This document shows positions 46,701 through 58,209 of a DNA stretch of 64,000 bases, in pieces. Numbering within the stretch: the first letter of the stretch is position 1; every line of letters starts with the position of its first letter. The notes beneath the pieces are model-generated. The model saw nothing but the letters and a program-made list of their open reading frames with translations. It was not told where the DNA came from and did no database searches. Source of the DNA: Macrostomum hystrix (Eukaryota > Animalia > Platyhelminthes). The DNA is taken from positions 3,968,001 to 4,032,000 of the forward strand of contig CATNEN010000029.1 in assembly GCA_950097015.1 (NCBI GenBank), written 5' to 3'. A program made the position numbers and the translations under genes.

Positions 46701-47499
46701 TGAATTGAATCTGATAGGTGTGTTAATTCTAATTTTTTCATAAGATATTATTTTGCAAAGTCTGAAAACTCTGTTTATTAAATTTCTTTGTTGTTTGTCA
46801 CTGTTAAATGTAATTATTAACAGCAAAGCATGGTCAATGATTATATATTTTAACCTCACGAATACACTTAAACATTCTCTTATCAGCTTTCGTTTATAGA
46901 TTACTCGTTCAAAGTAATTCTCAATTATTTCATTTCGTTTTAACTCCTTCAAGGCATTCTATTATTAATAGAATACCGATATGCCTTCTATTATAAATTT
47001 TGCATGCTCGCTTCGTACTACTTTTAGTTTTATGTGCAGTAGTGCGGTCAGTTATTTTTTTCGAAAAAACATATATGCAAATAACATAAAACTTATAAGA
47101 ATTCCAATTTTCTCGTTTACGAAATTCCCATTTTTGATGTCGATTATCATCGAGTCTGAAGATTACTCTGGAAATCCCAGTTAGCTTATTGCCCTGCTTT
47201 TATTTTCAATCCTCACAATATACCTATCCTGTTTGTTAAATCAAAAACTTAATTTATGATTTTGTTCATCAGCTGTGTCTGCACAATTATATGCTTGTCA
47301 AAATGCCCTATTTTATGTCTTTAACCTTATAATCCAAGTATTATTTAACAATTTTTGTCATAAATTATTTGAAAAAATCTTTATTTGTCGTTCGAAATTT
47401 AAATTCTCAAGGTTTTCAATATAATGACCATTTAACATACGGCTGGCTGTCATTCCGGATTATCTGAGTCTCAGACTTAACGTGCCTCTTCGTGTGATT

Positions 47500-49142
47500 G
47501 TGAGAGTAGGATGAGAATGAGCAGACACCTGAGAGAGTAGGATGAGAATGAGCAGACACCTGAGAGAGAGTAGGTTGAGAATGAGCAGACACCTGAGAGA
47601 GAGTAGGATGAGAATGAGCAGACACCTGAGAGAGAGTAGGATGAGAATGAGCAGACACCTGAGAGAGAGTAGGATGAGAATGAGCAGACACCTGAGAGAG
47701 AGAATAGGATGAGAATGAGCAGACACCTGAGAGAGAGAATAGGATGAGAATGAGCAGACACCTGAGAAAGAGTAGGTTGAGAATGAGCAGACACCTGAGA
47801 GAGAGTAGGATGAGAATGAGCAGACACCTGAGAGAGAGAATAGGATGAGAATGAGCAGACACCTGAGAGAGAGAATAGGATGAGAATGAGCAGACACCTG
47901 AGAGAGAGTAGGATGAGAATGAGCAGACACCTGAGAGAGAGTAGGATGAGAATGAGCAGACACCTGAGAGAGAGTAGGATGAGAATGAGCAGACACCTGA
48001 GAGAGAGTAGGATGAGAATGAGCAGACACCTGATAGAGAGTAGGTTGAGAATGAGCAGACACCTGAGAGAGAGTAGGATGAGAATGAGCAGACACCTGAG
48101 AGAGAGTAGGATGAGAATGAGCAGACACCTGAGAGAGAGTAGGATGAGAATGAGCAGACACCTGAGAGAGAGAATAGGATGAGAATGAGCAGACACCTGA
48201 GAGAGAGTAGGATGAGAATGAGCAGACACCTGAGAGAGAGTAGGATGAGAATGAGCAGACACCTGAGAGAGAGTAGGATGAGAATGAGCAGACACCTGAG
48301 AGAGAGAATAGGATGAGAATGAGCAGACACCTGAGAGAGAGAATAGGATGAGAATGAGCAGACACCTGAGAAAGAGTAGGTTGAGAATGAGCAGACACCT
48401 GAGAGAGAGTAGGATGAGAATGAGCAGACACCTGAGAGAGAGAATAGGATGAGAATGAGCAGACACCTGAGAGAGAGAATAGGATGAGAATGAGCAGACA
48501 CCTGAGAGAGAGTAGGATGAGAATGAGCAGACACCTGAGAGAGAGTAGGATGAGAATGAGCAGACACCTGAGAGAGAGTAGGATGAGAATGAGCAGACAC
48601 CTGAGAGAGAGAATAGGATGAGAATGAGCAGACACCTGAGAGAGAGAATAGGATGAGAATGAGCAGACACCTGAGAGAGAGTAGGATGAGAATGAGCAGA
48701 CACCTGAGAGATAGTAGGATGAGAATGAGCAGACACCTGAGAGAGAGTAGGATGAGAATGAGCAGACACCTGAGAGAGAGAATAGGATGAGAATGAGCAG
48801 ACACCTGAGAGAGAGTAGGATGAGAATGAGCAGACACCTGAGAGATAGTAGGATGAGAATGAGCAGACACCTGAGAGAGAGTAGGATGAGAATGAGCAGA
48901 CACCTGAGAGAGAGTAGGATGAGAATGAGCAGACACCTGAGAGAGAGAGTAGGATGAGAATGAGCAGACACCTGAGAGAGAGTAGGAAGAGAATGAGCAG
49001 ACAGGCGAGCAGGCGAGAGTAGGAAGAGAATGAGCAGACAGGCGAGCAGGCGAGAGTAGGATGAGAATGAGCAGACAGGCGAGCAGGCGAGAGTAGGAAG
49101 AGAATGAGCAGACAGGCGAGCAGGCGAGAGTAGGATGAGAAT
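47500..49142. repeat. Minisatellite, 33-bp unit ATGAGAATGAGCAGACACCTGAGAGAGAGTAGG (31-35 bp by GA number), ~50 copies
   Basis: Direct reading; a variant block with CAGGCGAGCAGGC lies at the right end. Confidence 0.96.
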
Positions 49143-49857
49143 GACAATTTTCAGTCGAGTACAAAGGGCTGCAGGGCTGAGCAAACAAAGCGATGACAGA
49201 CAAGGCGGCTGAGAATAAGATCCCTTGTCAAACAGTGCATCCCATGACGCGACCTGCCAGCAAACAGCACCTGGTGGCAGGCAGATTCGCTTACGTAGCC
49301 TTTTATGCATTCAGTGTTCGATTGTCTTTGACAAACACACATTCTGCAGGTATCTGGGCGGTTGCTGTACCAATGAAAACTCCTTCCAACTCAAGTTCAA
49401 ATTTATTCGTCACCAACAGAGTAACAGCCACCATCTCCCATTTAGATTATTCACAATCGCAGATTTTTTTTATTCCTTCACTGCGCTCCCGCGGCATTGA
49501 TTTTGATTGACACCCGATGGGGAGATGACATTTTTTTGTCTGAAAACTGACTTGACCCAAGGGGTAATGGGGGTGTTGCAGACTTAACTGGAAGACTGAC
49601 GGCTGTGGCATGTGTGTCACCTTTTTCTCTGCAAAGCTGTAGAATTAGCTTTAATGCTTCTCTGTTCCTTATACTGTGGATGAGCTTCCGTGAAGTCATT
49701 CAAAGTAGAGCTAACTGACAGCATCATCAGCTGACAAGCCAGAGCTGTCAATCCGATCCATTTGCAAGAGGCACACTTAGAGACAAAGAAAACTAACTTG
49801 CCTGTTCTCTGGGATAATCGGCATATTCTGATAGCTGCAGGCATGCTTGCATTCTTG

Positions 49858-50420
49858 CATGCAGTGACAGATGCCAGTGGATGCAGTGGGAGATGCCAGT
49901 GGATGCAGTGACAGATGCCAGTGGATGCAGTGACAGATGCCAGTGGATGCAGTGACAGATGCCAGTGGATGCAGTGGGAGATGCCAGTGGATGCAGTGGG
50001 AGATGCCAGTGGATGCAGTGACAGATGCCAGTGGATGCAGTGGGAGATGCCAGTGGATGCAGTGACAGATGCCAGTGGATGCAGTGACAGATGCCAGTGG
50101 ATGCAGTGACAGATGCCAGTGGATGCAGTGACAGATGCCAGTGGATGCAGTGACAGATGCCAGTGGATGCAGTGGGAGATGCCAGTGGATGCAGTGGGAG
50201 ATGCCAGTGGATGCAGTGGGAGATGCCAGTGGATGCAGTGGGAGATGCCAGTGGATGCAGTGACAGATGCCAGTGGATGCAGTGACAGATGCCAGTGGAT
50301 GCAGTGACAGATGCCAGTGGATGCAGTGACAGATGCCAGTGGATGCAGTGACAGATGCCAGTGGATGCAGTGGGAGATGCCAGTGTATGCAGTGGGAGAT
50401 GCCAGTGGATGCAGTGGGAG
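49858..50420. repeat. Minisatellite, 22-bp unit GATGCCAGTGGATGCAGTG(AC/GG)A, ~25 copies
   Basis: Direct reading. Confidence 0.96.
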
Positions 50421-51507
50421 AATTAATTTTGCACTGCGCCTGTTGGTGAGGTGCTACAGTAGTTTGCGTCACCTAAAATCATTGTTGGACGCTTTGCTGC
50501 AGTTTTCGGAGGCTAACACCGAATCGGTTCACCTCAACTAGACCCTCCACTGTGTCTTGGAGCCTGTGATAGATTGCAGCAATTCGATACTATTTTCGGC
50601 TGATACTCGACATTAGATAAACATTAATAATAACAGCGCCAGCTTACAGAGCACTGATTTATTGCACAAGCATATTACTCGTATGAAGCATGCAAAACTG
50701 AATGTTAAATGAAAACTTCTTTTTTGCAATGCGCCATGATTTATATTGCTCACATTTTCTTGCATATTCTAATCTAACCACTTGTCGTGTCTGAGGGAAT
50801 AATCTGTTGTATCTCTCCCTCACTTATATCTCCAGTTAACCTCGTAATCCCTACCTTACTCCTCCAATCTTTCTTCCCCAATCCCTGTCCCCGATTCTTT
50901 CCACCCATTCTCTCTACCCCAGTCTCTCTCCCCCAGTCTCTCTCCCTAAATCAATATTTGTTAATCTTTAAGAGTCTATGAAATAAGGCAGAGAGATGTA
51001 TCCGTATCGTTAACTGCGGCGGAGTGAGTAATTGCTTCATGCAACACCTGGTCCCACCGCCTCCAGCCTAATGAGAACCGGCAAGCGTCTTGTCATCAAA
51101 ACCAAAACTGCTGAATTCTTAGTGCCTGCAACATTCGACAAATTCGGATGCAGAATTGCATCAATCCATCTGCTACTGGAGCTGTTCAACCGGACCCATT
51201 CTTCATTCCTCTTCAGACTATTCCGAAACAAAAAATAAAGGATTGCCGCCATGCTACCGCCCCCAAACCGTCCGCCATCCATCATCGATAGGCCTCCTTG
51301 CTGCAGTCGCGTAATAAGCTCGATGCTCCGATCAATTAATGTTATTTGCGTTCTAGCCCAGCAATGCCTAACTGTCACTGTGCGCCTCTGCCTGGCCGCT
51401 TCATTTCCAGCCTCCGGACCCCCTCACACTCAATCTCTGTCTGTCTGACTGCCCCAGTCACAGAACAGCAACATTATTTGAATTATGATTGGAACTCCTT
51501 GCTACCG

Positions 51508-54028
51508 CTGTGACTCTCCGTGTCTCACCTTGTCTCACCTTGTGACTCTCCTTGTCTCACCTTGTGACTCTACGTGTCTCACCTTGTGACTCTCCGTGTC
51601 TCACCTTGTAACTCTCCGTGTCTCACCTTGTCTCACCTTGTGACTCTCCTTGTCTCACCTTGTGACTCTCCTTGTCTCACCTTGTGACTCTCCTTGTCTC
51701 ACCTTGTGACTCTCCGTGTCTCACCTTGTGACTCTCCGTGTCTCACCTTGTAACTCTCCGTGTCTCACCTTGTCTCACCTTGTGACTCTCCTTGTCTCAC
51801 CTTGTGACTCTCCTTGTCTCACCTTGTGACTCGACTTGTCTCACCTTGTAACTCTCCGTGTCTCACCTTGTGACTCTCCGTGTCTCACCTTGTCTCACCT
51901 TGTGACTCTCCTTGTCTCACCTTGTGACTCTCCGTGTCTCACCTTGTCTCACCTTGTGACTCTCCTTGTCTCACCTTGTGACTCACCGTGTCTCACCTTG
52001 TCTCACCTTGTGACTCTCCTTGTCTCACCTTGTGACTCTCCGTGTCTCACCTTGTAACTCTCCGTGTCTCACCTTGTCTCACCTTGTGACTCTCCTTGTC
52101 TCACCTTGTGACTCTCCGTGTCTCACCTTGTGACTCTCCGTGTCTCACCTTGTAACTCTCCGTGTCTCACCTTGTCTCACCTTGTGACTCTCCTTGTCTC
52201 ACCTTGTGACTCTCCTTGTCTCACCTTGTGACTCTCATTGTCTCACCTTGTAACTCTCCGTGTCTCACCTTGTGACTCTCCGTGTCTCACCTTGTCTCAC
52301 CTTGTGACTCTCCTTGTCTCACCTTGTGACTCTCCGTGTCTCACCTTGTAACTCTCCGTGTCTCACCTTGTCTCACCTTGTGACTCTCCTTGTCTCACCT
52401 TGTGACTCTCCTTGTCTCACCTTGTGACTCTCCTTGTCTCACCTTGTAACTCTCCGTGTCTCACCTTGTGACTCTCCGTGTCTCACCTTGTAACTCTCCG
52501 TGTCTCACCTTGTCTCACCTTGTGACTCTCCTTGTCTCACCTTGTGACTCTCCTTGTCTCACCTTGTGACTCTCCGTGTCTCACCTTGTCTCACCTTGTG
52601 ACTCTCCTTGTCTCACCTTGTGACTCACCGTGTCTCACCTTGTCTCACCTTGTGACTCTCCTTGTCTCACCTTGTGACTCTCCGTGTCTCACCTTGTAAC
52701 TCTCCGTGTCTCACCTTGTCTCACCTTGTGACTCTCCTTGTCTCACCTTGTGACTCTCCGTGTCTCACCTTGTAACTCTCCGTGTCTCACCTTGTGACTC
52801 TCCGTGTCTCACCTTGTGACTCTCCGTGTCTCACCTTGTGACTCTCCGTGTCTCACCTTGTGACTCTCCTTGTCTCACTTTGTAACTCTCCGTGTCTCAC
52901 CTTGTGACTCTCCGTGTCTCACCTTGTGACTCTCCTTGTCTCACCTTGTGACTCTCCGTGTCTCACCTTGTGACTCTCCTTGTCTCACCTTGTAACTCTC
53001 CGTGTCTTACCTTGTGACTCTCCGTGTCTCACCTTGTGACTCTCCTTGTCTCACCTTGTGACTCTCCTTGTCTCACCTTGTGACTCTCCTTGTCTCACCT
53101 TGTAACTCTCCGTGTCTCACCTTGTCTCACCTTGTGACTCTCCTTGTCTCACCTTGTGACTCTCCTTGTCTCACCTTGTGACTCTCCTTGTCTCACCTTG
53201 TAACTCTCCGTGTCTCACCTTGTGACTCTCCGTGTCTCACCTTGTAACTCTCCGTGTCTCACCTTGTCTCACCTTGTGACTCTCCTTGTCTCACCTTGTG
53301 ACTCTCCTTGTCTCACCTTGTGACTCTCCGTGTCTCACCTTGTCTCACCTTGTGACTCTCCTTGTCTCACCTTGTGACTCACCGTGTCTCACCTTGTCTC
53401 ACCTTGTGACTCTCCTTGTCTCACCTTGTGACTCTCCGTGTCTCACCTTGTAACTCTCCGTGTCTCACCTTGTCTCACCTTGTGACTCTCCTTGTCTCAC
53501 CTTGTGACTCTCCGTGTCTCACCTTGTAACTCTCCGTGTCTCACCTTGTGACTCTCCGTGTCTCACCTTGTGACTCTCCGTGTCTCACCTTGTGACTCTC
53601 CGTGTCTCACCTTGTGACTCTCCTTGTCTCACTTTGTAACTCTCCGTGTCTCACCTTGTGACTCTCCGTGTCTCACCTTGTGACTCTCCGTGTCTCACCT
53701 TGTGACTCTCCGTGTCTCACCTTGTGACTCTCCTTGTCTCACCTTGTAACTCTCCGTGTCTTACCTTGTGACTCTCCGTGTCTCACCTTGTGACTCTCCT
53801 TGTCTCACCTTGTGACTCTCCGTGTCTCACCTTGTGACTCTCCTTGTCTCACCTTGTGACTCTCCGTGTCTCACCTTGTAACTCTCCGTGTCTCACCTTG
53901 TAACTCTCCGTTTCTCACCTTGTGACTCACCGTGTCTCACCTTGTGACTCTCCGTGTCTCACCTTGTGACTCTACGTGTCTCACCTTGTGACTCTCCGTG
54001 TCTCACCTTGTGACTCTTTGTGTCTAAT
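51508..54028. repeat. Minisatellite, 22-bp unit TTGTGACTCTCC(G/T)TGTCTCACC with interspersed 10-bp half units, >100 copies
   Basis: Direct reading. Confidence 0.96.
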
Positions 54029-54244
54029 CCTCTTACTCTCCGTTGCAGTCGAGATGTAAATTAAGGCCACCCTGCACACTAGGATCTATATCTAACTCGC
54101 AAAGTTAATCAAAGTAAACAGAATCGCGACCACAGTTTAAAACTCTGATTTTATTTTGCAGTTAGTTTAGAACTTTTCGTCAGTTTTGGCGCTAACCCTT
54201 TGATCTTTTGCGATCTTGCTAGAATCCTGCGTGGGAAAGTCGAC

Positions 54245-54276
<32 letters not shown>

Positions 54277-54689
54277 TTGTTGCTGTTGCTGTTGAAGGAA
54301 ACGAAACCTAAGCAGCATATGCTAAGAGGAAATCAGCGACAGGCAGTTACTTTTCGCATTTACATTTTCGCTTTTATAATAGGCCACTAGTCAGTGGCGG
54401 TACTTGCTTTGTTAGTCTGTTTATTAACTTTCGCTGCATTGAAAACTCGATAACAGCAAAGAAGAACACTTAGCATTACAGACTATGGGTCAATAGTATG
54501 AAATGCAGTCTTTTTCATTTTTTGTAAAACCTAAAAAAATAAAAAAAATCTAAATTTTTAACTTTCAGAAATTTTCTCAGAAATTTACAAAGACCTCATT
54601 CGAATCATGCTTGGATTATTGCAACTGTCATCCACCGTAAAAATGATTGAAAATTGGCAACTATCACTCAGTTAAAACTCTCAAAGTTC

Positions 54690-56640
54690 TTGGTAAGTTG
54701 CAACTATCATCCACTCTAACGTTCCTGGAAAGTTGCAACTATCATCCACTCTAACGTTCCTGGAAAGTTGAAACTATCATCCACTTCCATTGTTCCTGGA
54801 AAGTTGCAACTACGAGCTATAATCCACTCTCAAAGTTCTTGGAAAGTTGCAACTATCATCCACTACCATTGTTTCTGGAAAGTTGCAACTGTCATCCACC
54901 CCTTTTGTTTCTGGAAAGTTGCAATTGTCAACCACTCCCACAGTTTCTGGAAAGTTGCAACTATCATCCAGTACCATTGTTCCTGGAAAGTTGCAACTAT
55001 CATCCACCCCTTTTGTTTCTGGAAAGTTGCAACTGTCATCCACTCTCAAAGTTCTTGGAAAGTTGCAACTATCATCCACTACCATTGTTCCTGGAAAATT
55101 GCAACTATCATCCACTACCATTGTTCCTGGAAAGTTGCAACTGTCATCCACTACCATTGTTCCTGGAAAGTTGCAACTATAATCCATTCTAGAGTTCTTG
55201 GAAAGTTGCAACTGTCATCCACTCTCAAAGTTCTTGGAAAGTTGCAACTATCATCCACTCTAAAAGTTCTTGGAAAGTTGCAACTGTCATCCACTACCAT
55301 TGTTCCTGGAAAGTTGCAACTGTCATCCACTCTCAAAGCTCTTGGAAAGTTGCAACTGTCATCCACTACCATTGTTCCTGGAAAGTTGCAACTATAATCC
55401 ATTCTAAAGTTCTTGGAAAGTTGCAAATGTCATCCACTCTCAAAGTTCTTGGAAAGTTGCAACTATCATCCACTTTCAAAGTTCTTGGAAAGTTGCAACT
55501 GTCATCCACTCTCAAAGTTCTTGGAAAATTGCAACTGTCATCCACTCTCAAAGCTCTTGGAAAGTTGCAACTGTCATCCACTACCATTGTTCCTGGAAAG
55601 TTGCAACTATAATCCATTCTAAAGTTCTTGGAAAGTTGCAACTGTCATCCACTCTCAAAGTTCTTGGAAAGTTGCAACTGTCATCCACTTTCAAAGTACT
55701 TTGAAAGTTGCAACTGTCATCCACTCTCAAAGCTCTTGGAAAGTTGCAACTATCATCCACTACCATTGTTCCTGGAAAGTTGCAACTGTCATCCACTACC
55801 ATTGTTCCTGGAAAGTTGCAACTATAATCCATTCTAGAGTTCTTGGAAAGTTGCAACTGTCATCCACTCTCAAAGTTCTTGGAAAGTTGCAACTATCATC
55901 CACTTTCAAAGTTCTTGGAAAGTTGCAACTGTCATCCACTCTCAAAGTTCTTGGAAAGTTGCAACTGTCATCCACTTTCAAAGTACTTTGAAAGTTGCAA
56001 CTGTCATCCACTCTCAAAGCTCTTGGAAAGTTGCAACTATCATCCACTACCATTGTTCCTGGAAAGTTGCAACTGTCATCCACTCTTAAAGTTCTTGGAA
56101 AGTTGCAACTGTCATCCACTCTTAAAGTTCTTGGAAAGTTGCAACTGTCATCCACTCTCAAAGTTCTTGGAAAGTTGCAACTGTCATCCACTACCACCAT
56201 TGTTCCTGGAAAGTTGCAACTGTCATCCACTCTTAAAGTTCTTGGAAAGTTGCAACTGTCATCCACTACCATTGTTCCTGGAAAGTTGCAACTATAATCC
56301 ATTCTAGAGTTCTTGGAAAGTTGCAACTGTCATCCACTCTCAAAGTTCTTGGAAAGTTGCAACTGTCATCCACTACCATTGTTCCTGGAAAGTTGCAACT
56401 ATAATCCATTCTAGAGTTCTTGGAAAGTTGCAACTGTCATCCACTCTCAAAGTTCTTGGAAAGTTGCAACTGTCATCCACTCTCAAAGTTCTTGGAAAGT
56501 TGCAACTGCCATCCACTCTCAAAGTTCTTGGAAAGTTGCAACTATCATCCACTTTCAAAGTTCTTGGAAAGTTGCAACTGTCATCCACTACCACCATTGT
56601 TCCTGGAAAGTTGTAAGTATCATCCACTTCCATTTTTTCT
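54690..56640. repeat. Minisatellite, 35-36-bp units GGAAAGTTGCAACT(G/A)TCATCCACT plus a variable end, ~54 copies, with a 215-bp higher-order block
   Basis: Direct reading; repeated ORF starts at 55211, 55426, 55641 and 55856 are 215 bp apart. Confidence 0.96.
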
Positions 56641-57504
56641 GGAATGTGTTCCAGGAAAGAAAAGCAATTTGGCAAACTCGAAAATATAACACAGTTAACG
56701 TGTGCCTAACAACACACAGAAATTAAAATCTCAATGTAGGGCTGTTTTTAGTGGCAGCTCAATTTATTTTTTATTGCTGAGTACAATTTTAGATATATTT
56801 AATTATATTAAAAAAAATAGCGCCCTATGTTTAATAATGTCAGGCAATATAGATAATTTAAATTCGCAAAAAAATATGTGCAGTGGGTTAGTTTTAAGAG
56901 GCATACTAAAACAAAAAACACACAAGCTGCTATAGCAATACGGTAGTGACTGCGTTCTATTTTAATCTGTATTATACTAGGCATATAAATTTACAGTCTC
57001 AATTGCAATTTTAAATAAATCCATGTTAAGAAGAAGCAAAAAAAACTAAACTTATTACATCTTGTACTATGAACGCGGGACAGGCAGGGAGACAAGAATT
57101 TGTTTAAAAAGTTAAAATTTCTTCATCCGCCTTTTGTTGGCACCTTTATTGCTTTCATAGATTTCGCATTATCAACAGTTTGCCGTAAGTTGTGTACAAG
57201 AATCAGAAACGCAAATACGATAAAGAAACACAATGGTCAATTTTTTTATTAATCTGAAAGCGGATGCACTTTATACAGTGAGTCGCCACGTACAAGAAGA
57301 AAATATTAATATATGCAAGCAATACAGCAACAAAGCAGAGTTCGTTCTACTGGACGGCCCCGCTGAGAATACGGAAAATCTAATTTGACAAAGAAATCTC
57401 GCAGTTCCTGCTGGGCTGGTTTCAGTTGAAAATAGAAATTTAAAAAACTTTTATTTGAGTTTCACTTTGCCGCCGGTGAGCGAGTGACGGGTCAGTTGAC
57501 TGGG

Positions 57505-58177
57505 TCAGACCAATGGGGCAGTGCCAAAGTGCGGAAACTGAAGTCTGCCTAGGAGACTGCGGTACGGGTGGTAACGCTGATCTGACGCCGCTGCTGCTGC
57601 TGCCGCTGCCCACTTTCTCATCGACTCCAGTTGCTGCTGCTGCTGGGGTTGCTGCTGCTGTTGCTGCTGCATTGCAGCCGCAGCTGCAGCCGCGTAAGCC
57701 AAACTGGCATGATGATGGGACGGCACATTCGGTGGCAGCGTCATCTGCGACAGCGGCGGCGGAGGCGGCGGCGAGGCCGGACCGCTGAACGGGCTGAGCT
57801 GCGGGCCGATGTTGGCAGCCGAAGACTCGTGTGAGCGCATGTGCCGCACCAGCTGGTCCGGGGTGGGGCAGTGTTTGCCGCAGAAGATGCAGAACTCAGC
57901 TTGAGGCGTCTGAACAGGCTGAATTGTCGGCGAATGCTGTCTGCGATGCTGCTGAATGGAACTGCTGCTGCTGCTGCTAGTGCTGGCGATGGGGCCCGAA
58001 GCTGTGCTGACGGTCGAGCCGGCGCTTGCCGCAGCCGCTGCTGCCGCAGCTGACGCGTAGAGGTAGTCGACCAGAGCGCGTGCGTGAACGCAATGGGGAC
58101 AGGCACAGACGGCAGCGGAGTGGCCGTCAGGAACCCCGCCAAATCCCCAGGCGGCTGCTGCTGCAGCGGCCAGCTGC

Positions 58178-58209
<32 letters not shown>

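Noticed and set aside
47416-49310. 556-616 aa hydrophobic ORFs on the minus strand
   Set aside because: Translation of the 31-35 bp satellite; the same peptides rotate among frames.
54690-56640. CRISPR-like constant repeat plus variable spacer (36 bp)
   Set aside because: The variable tails are short and recur many times; this is a satellite with monomer variants.
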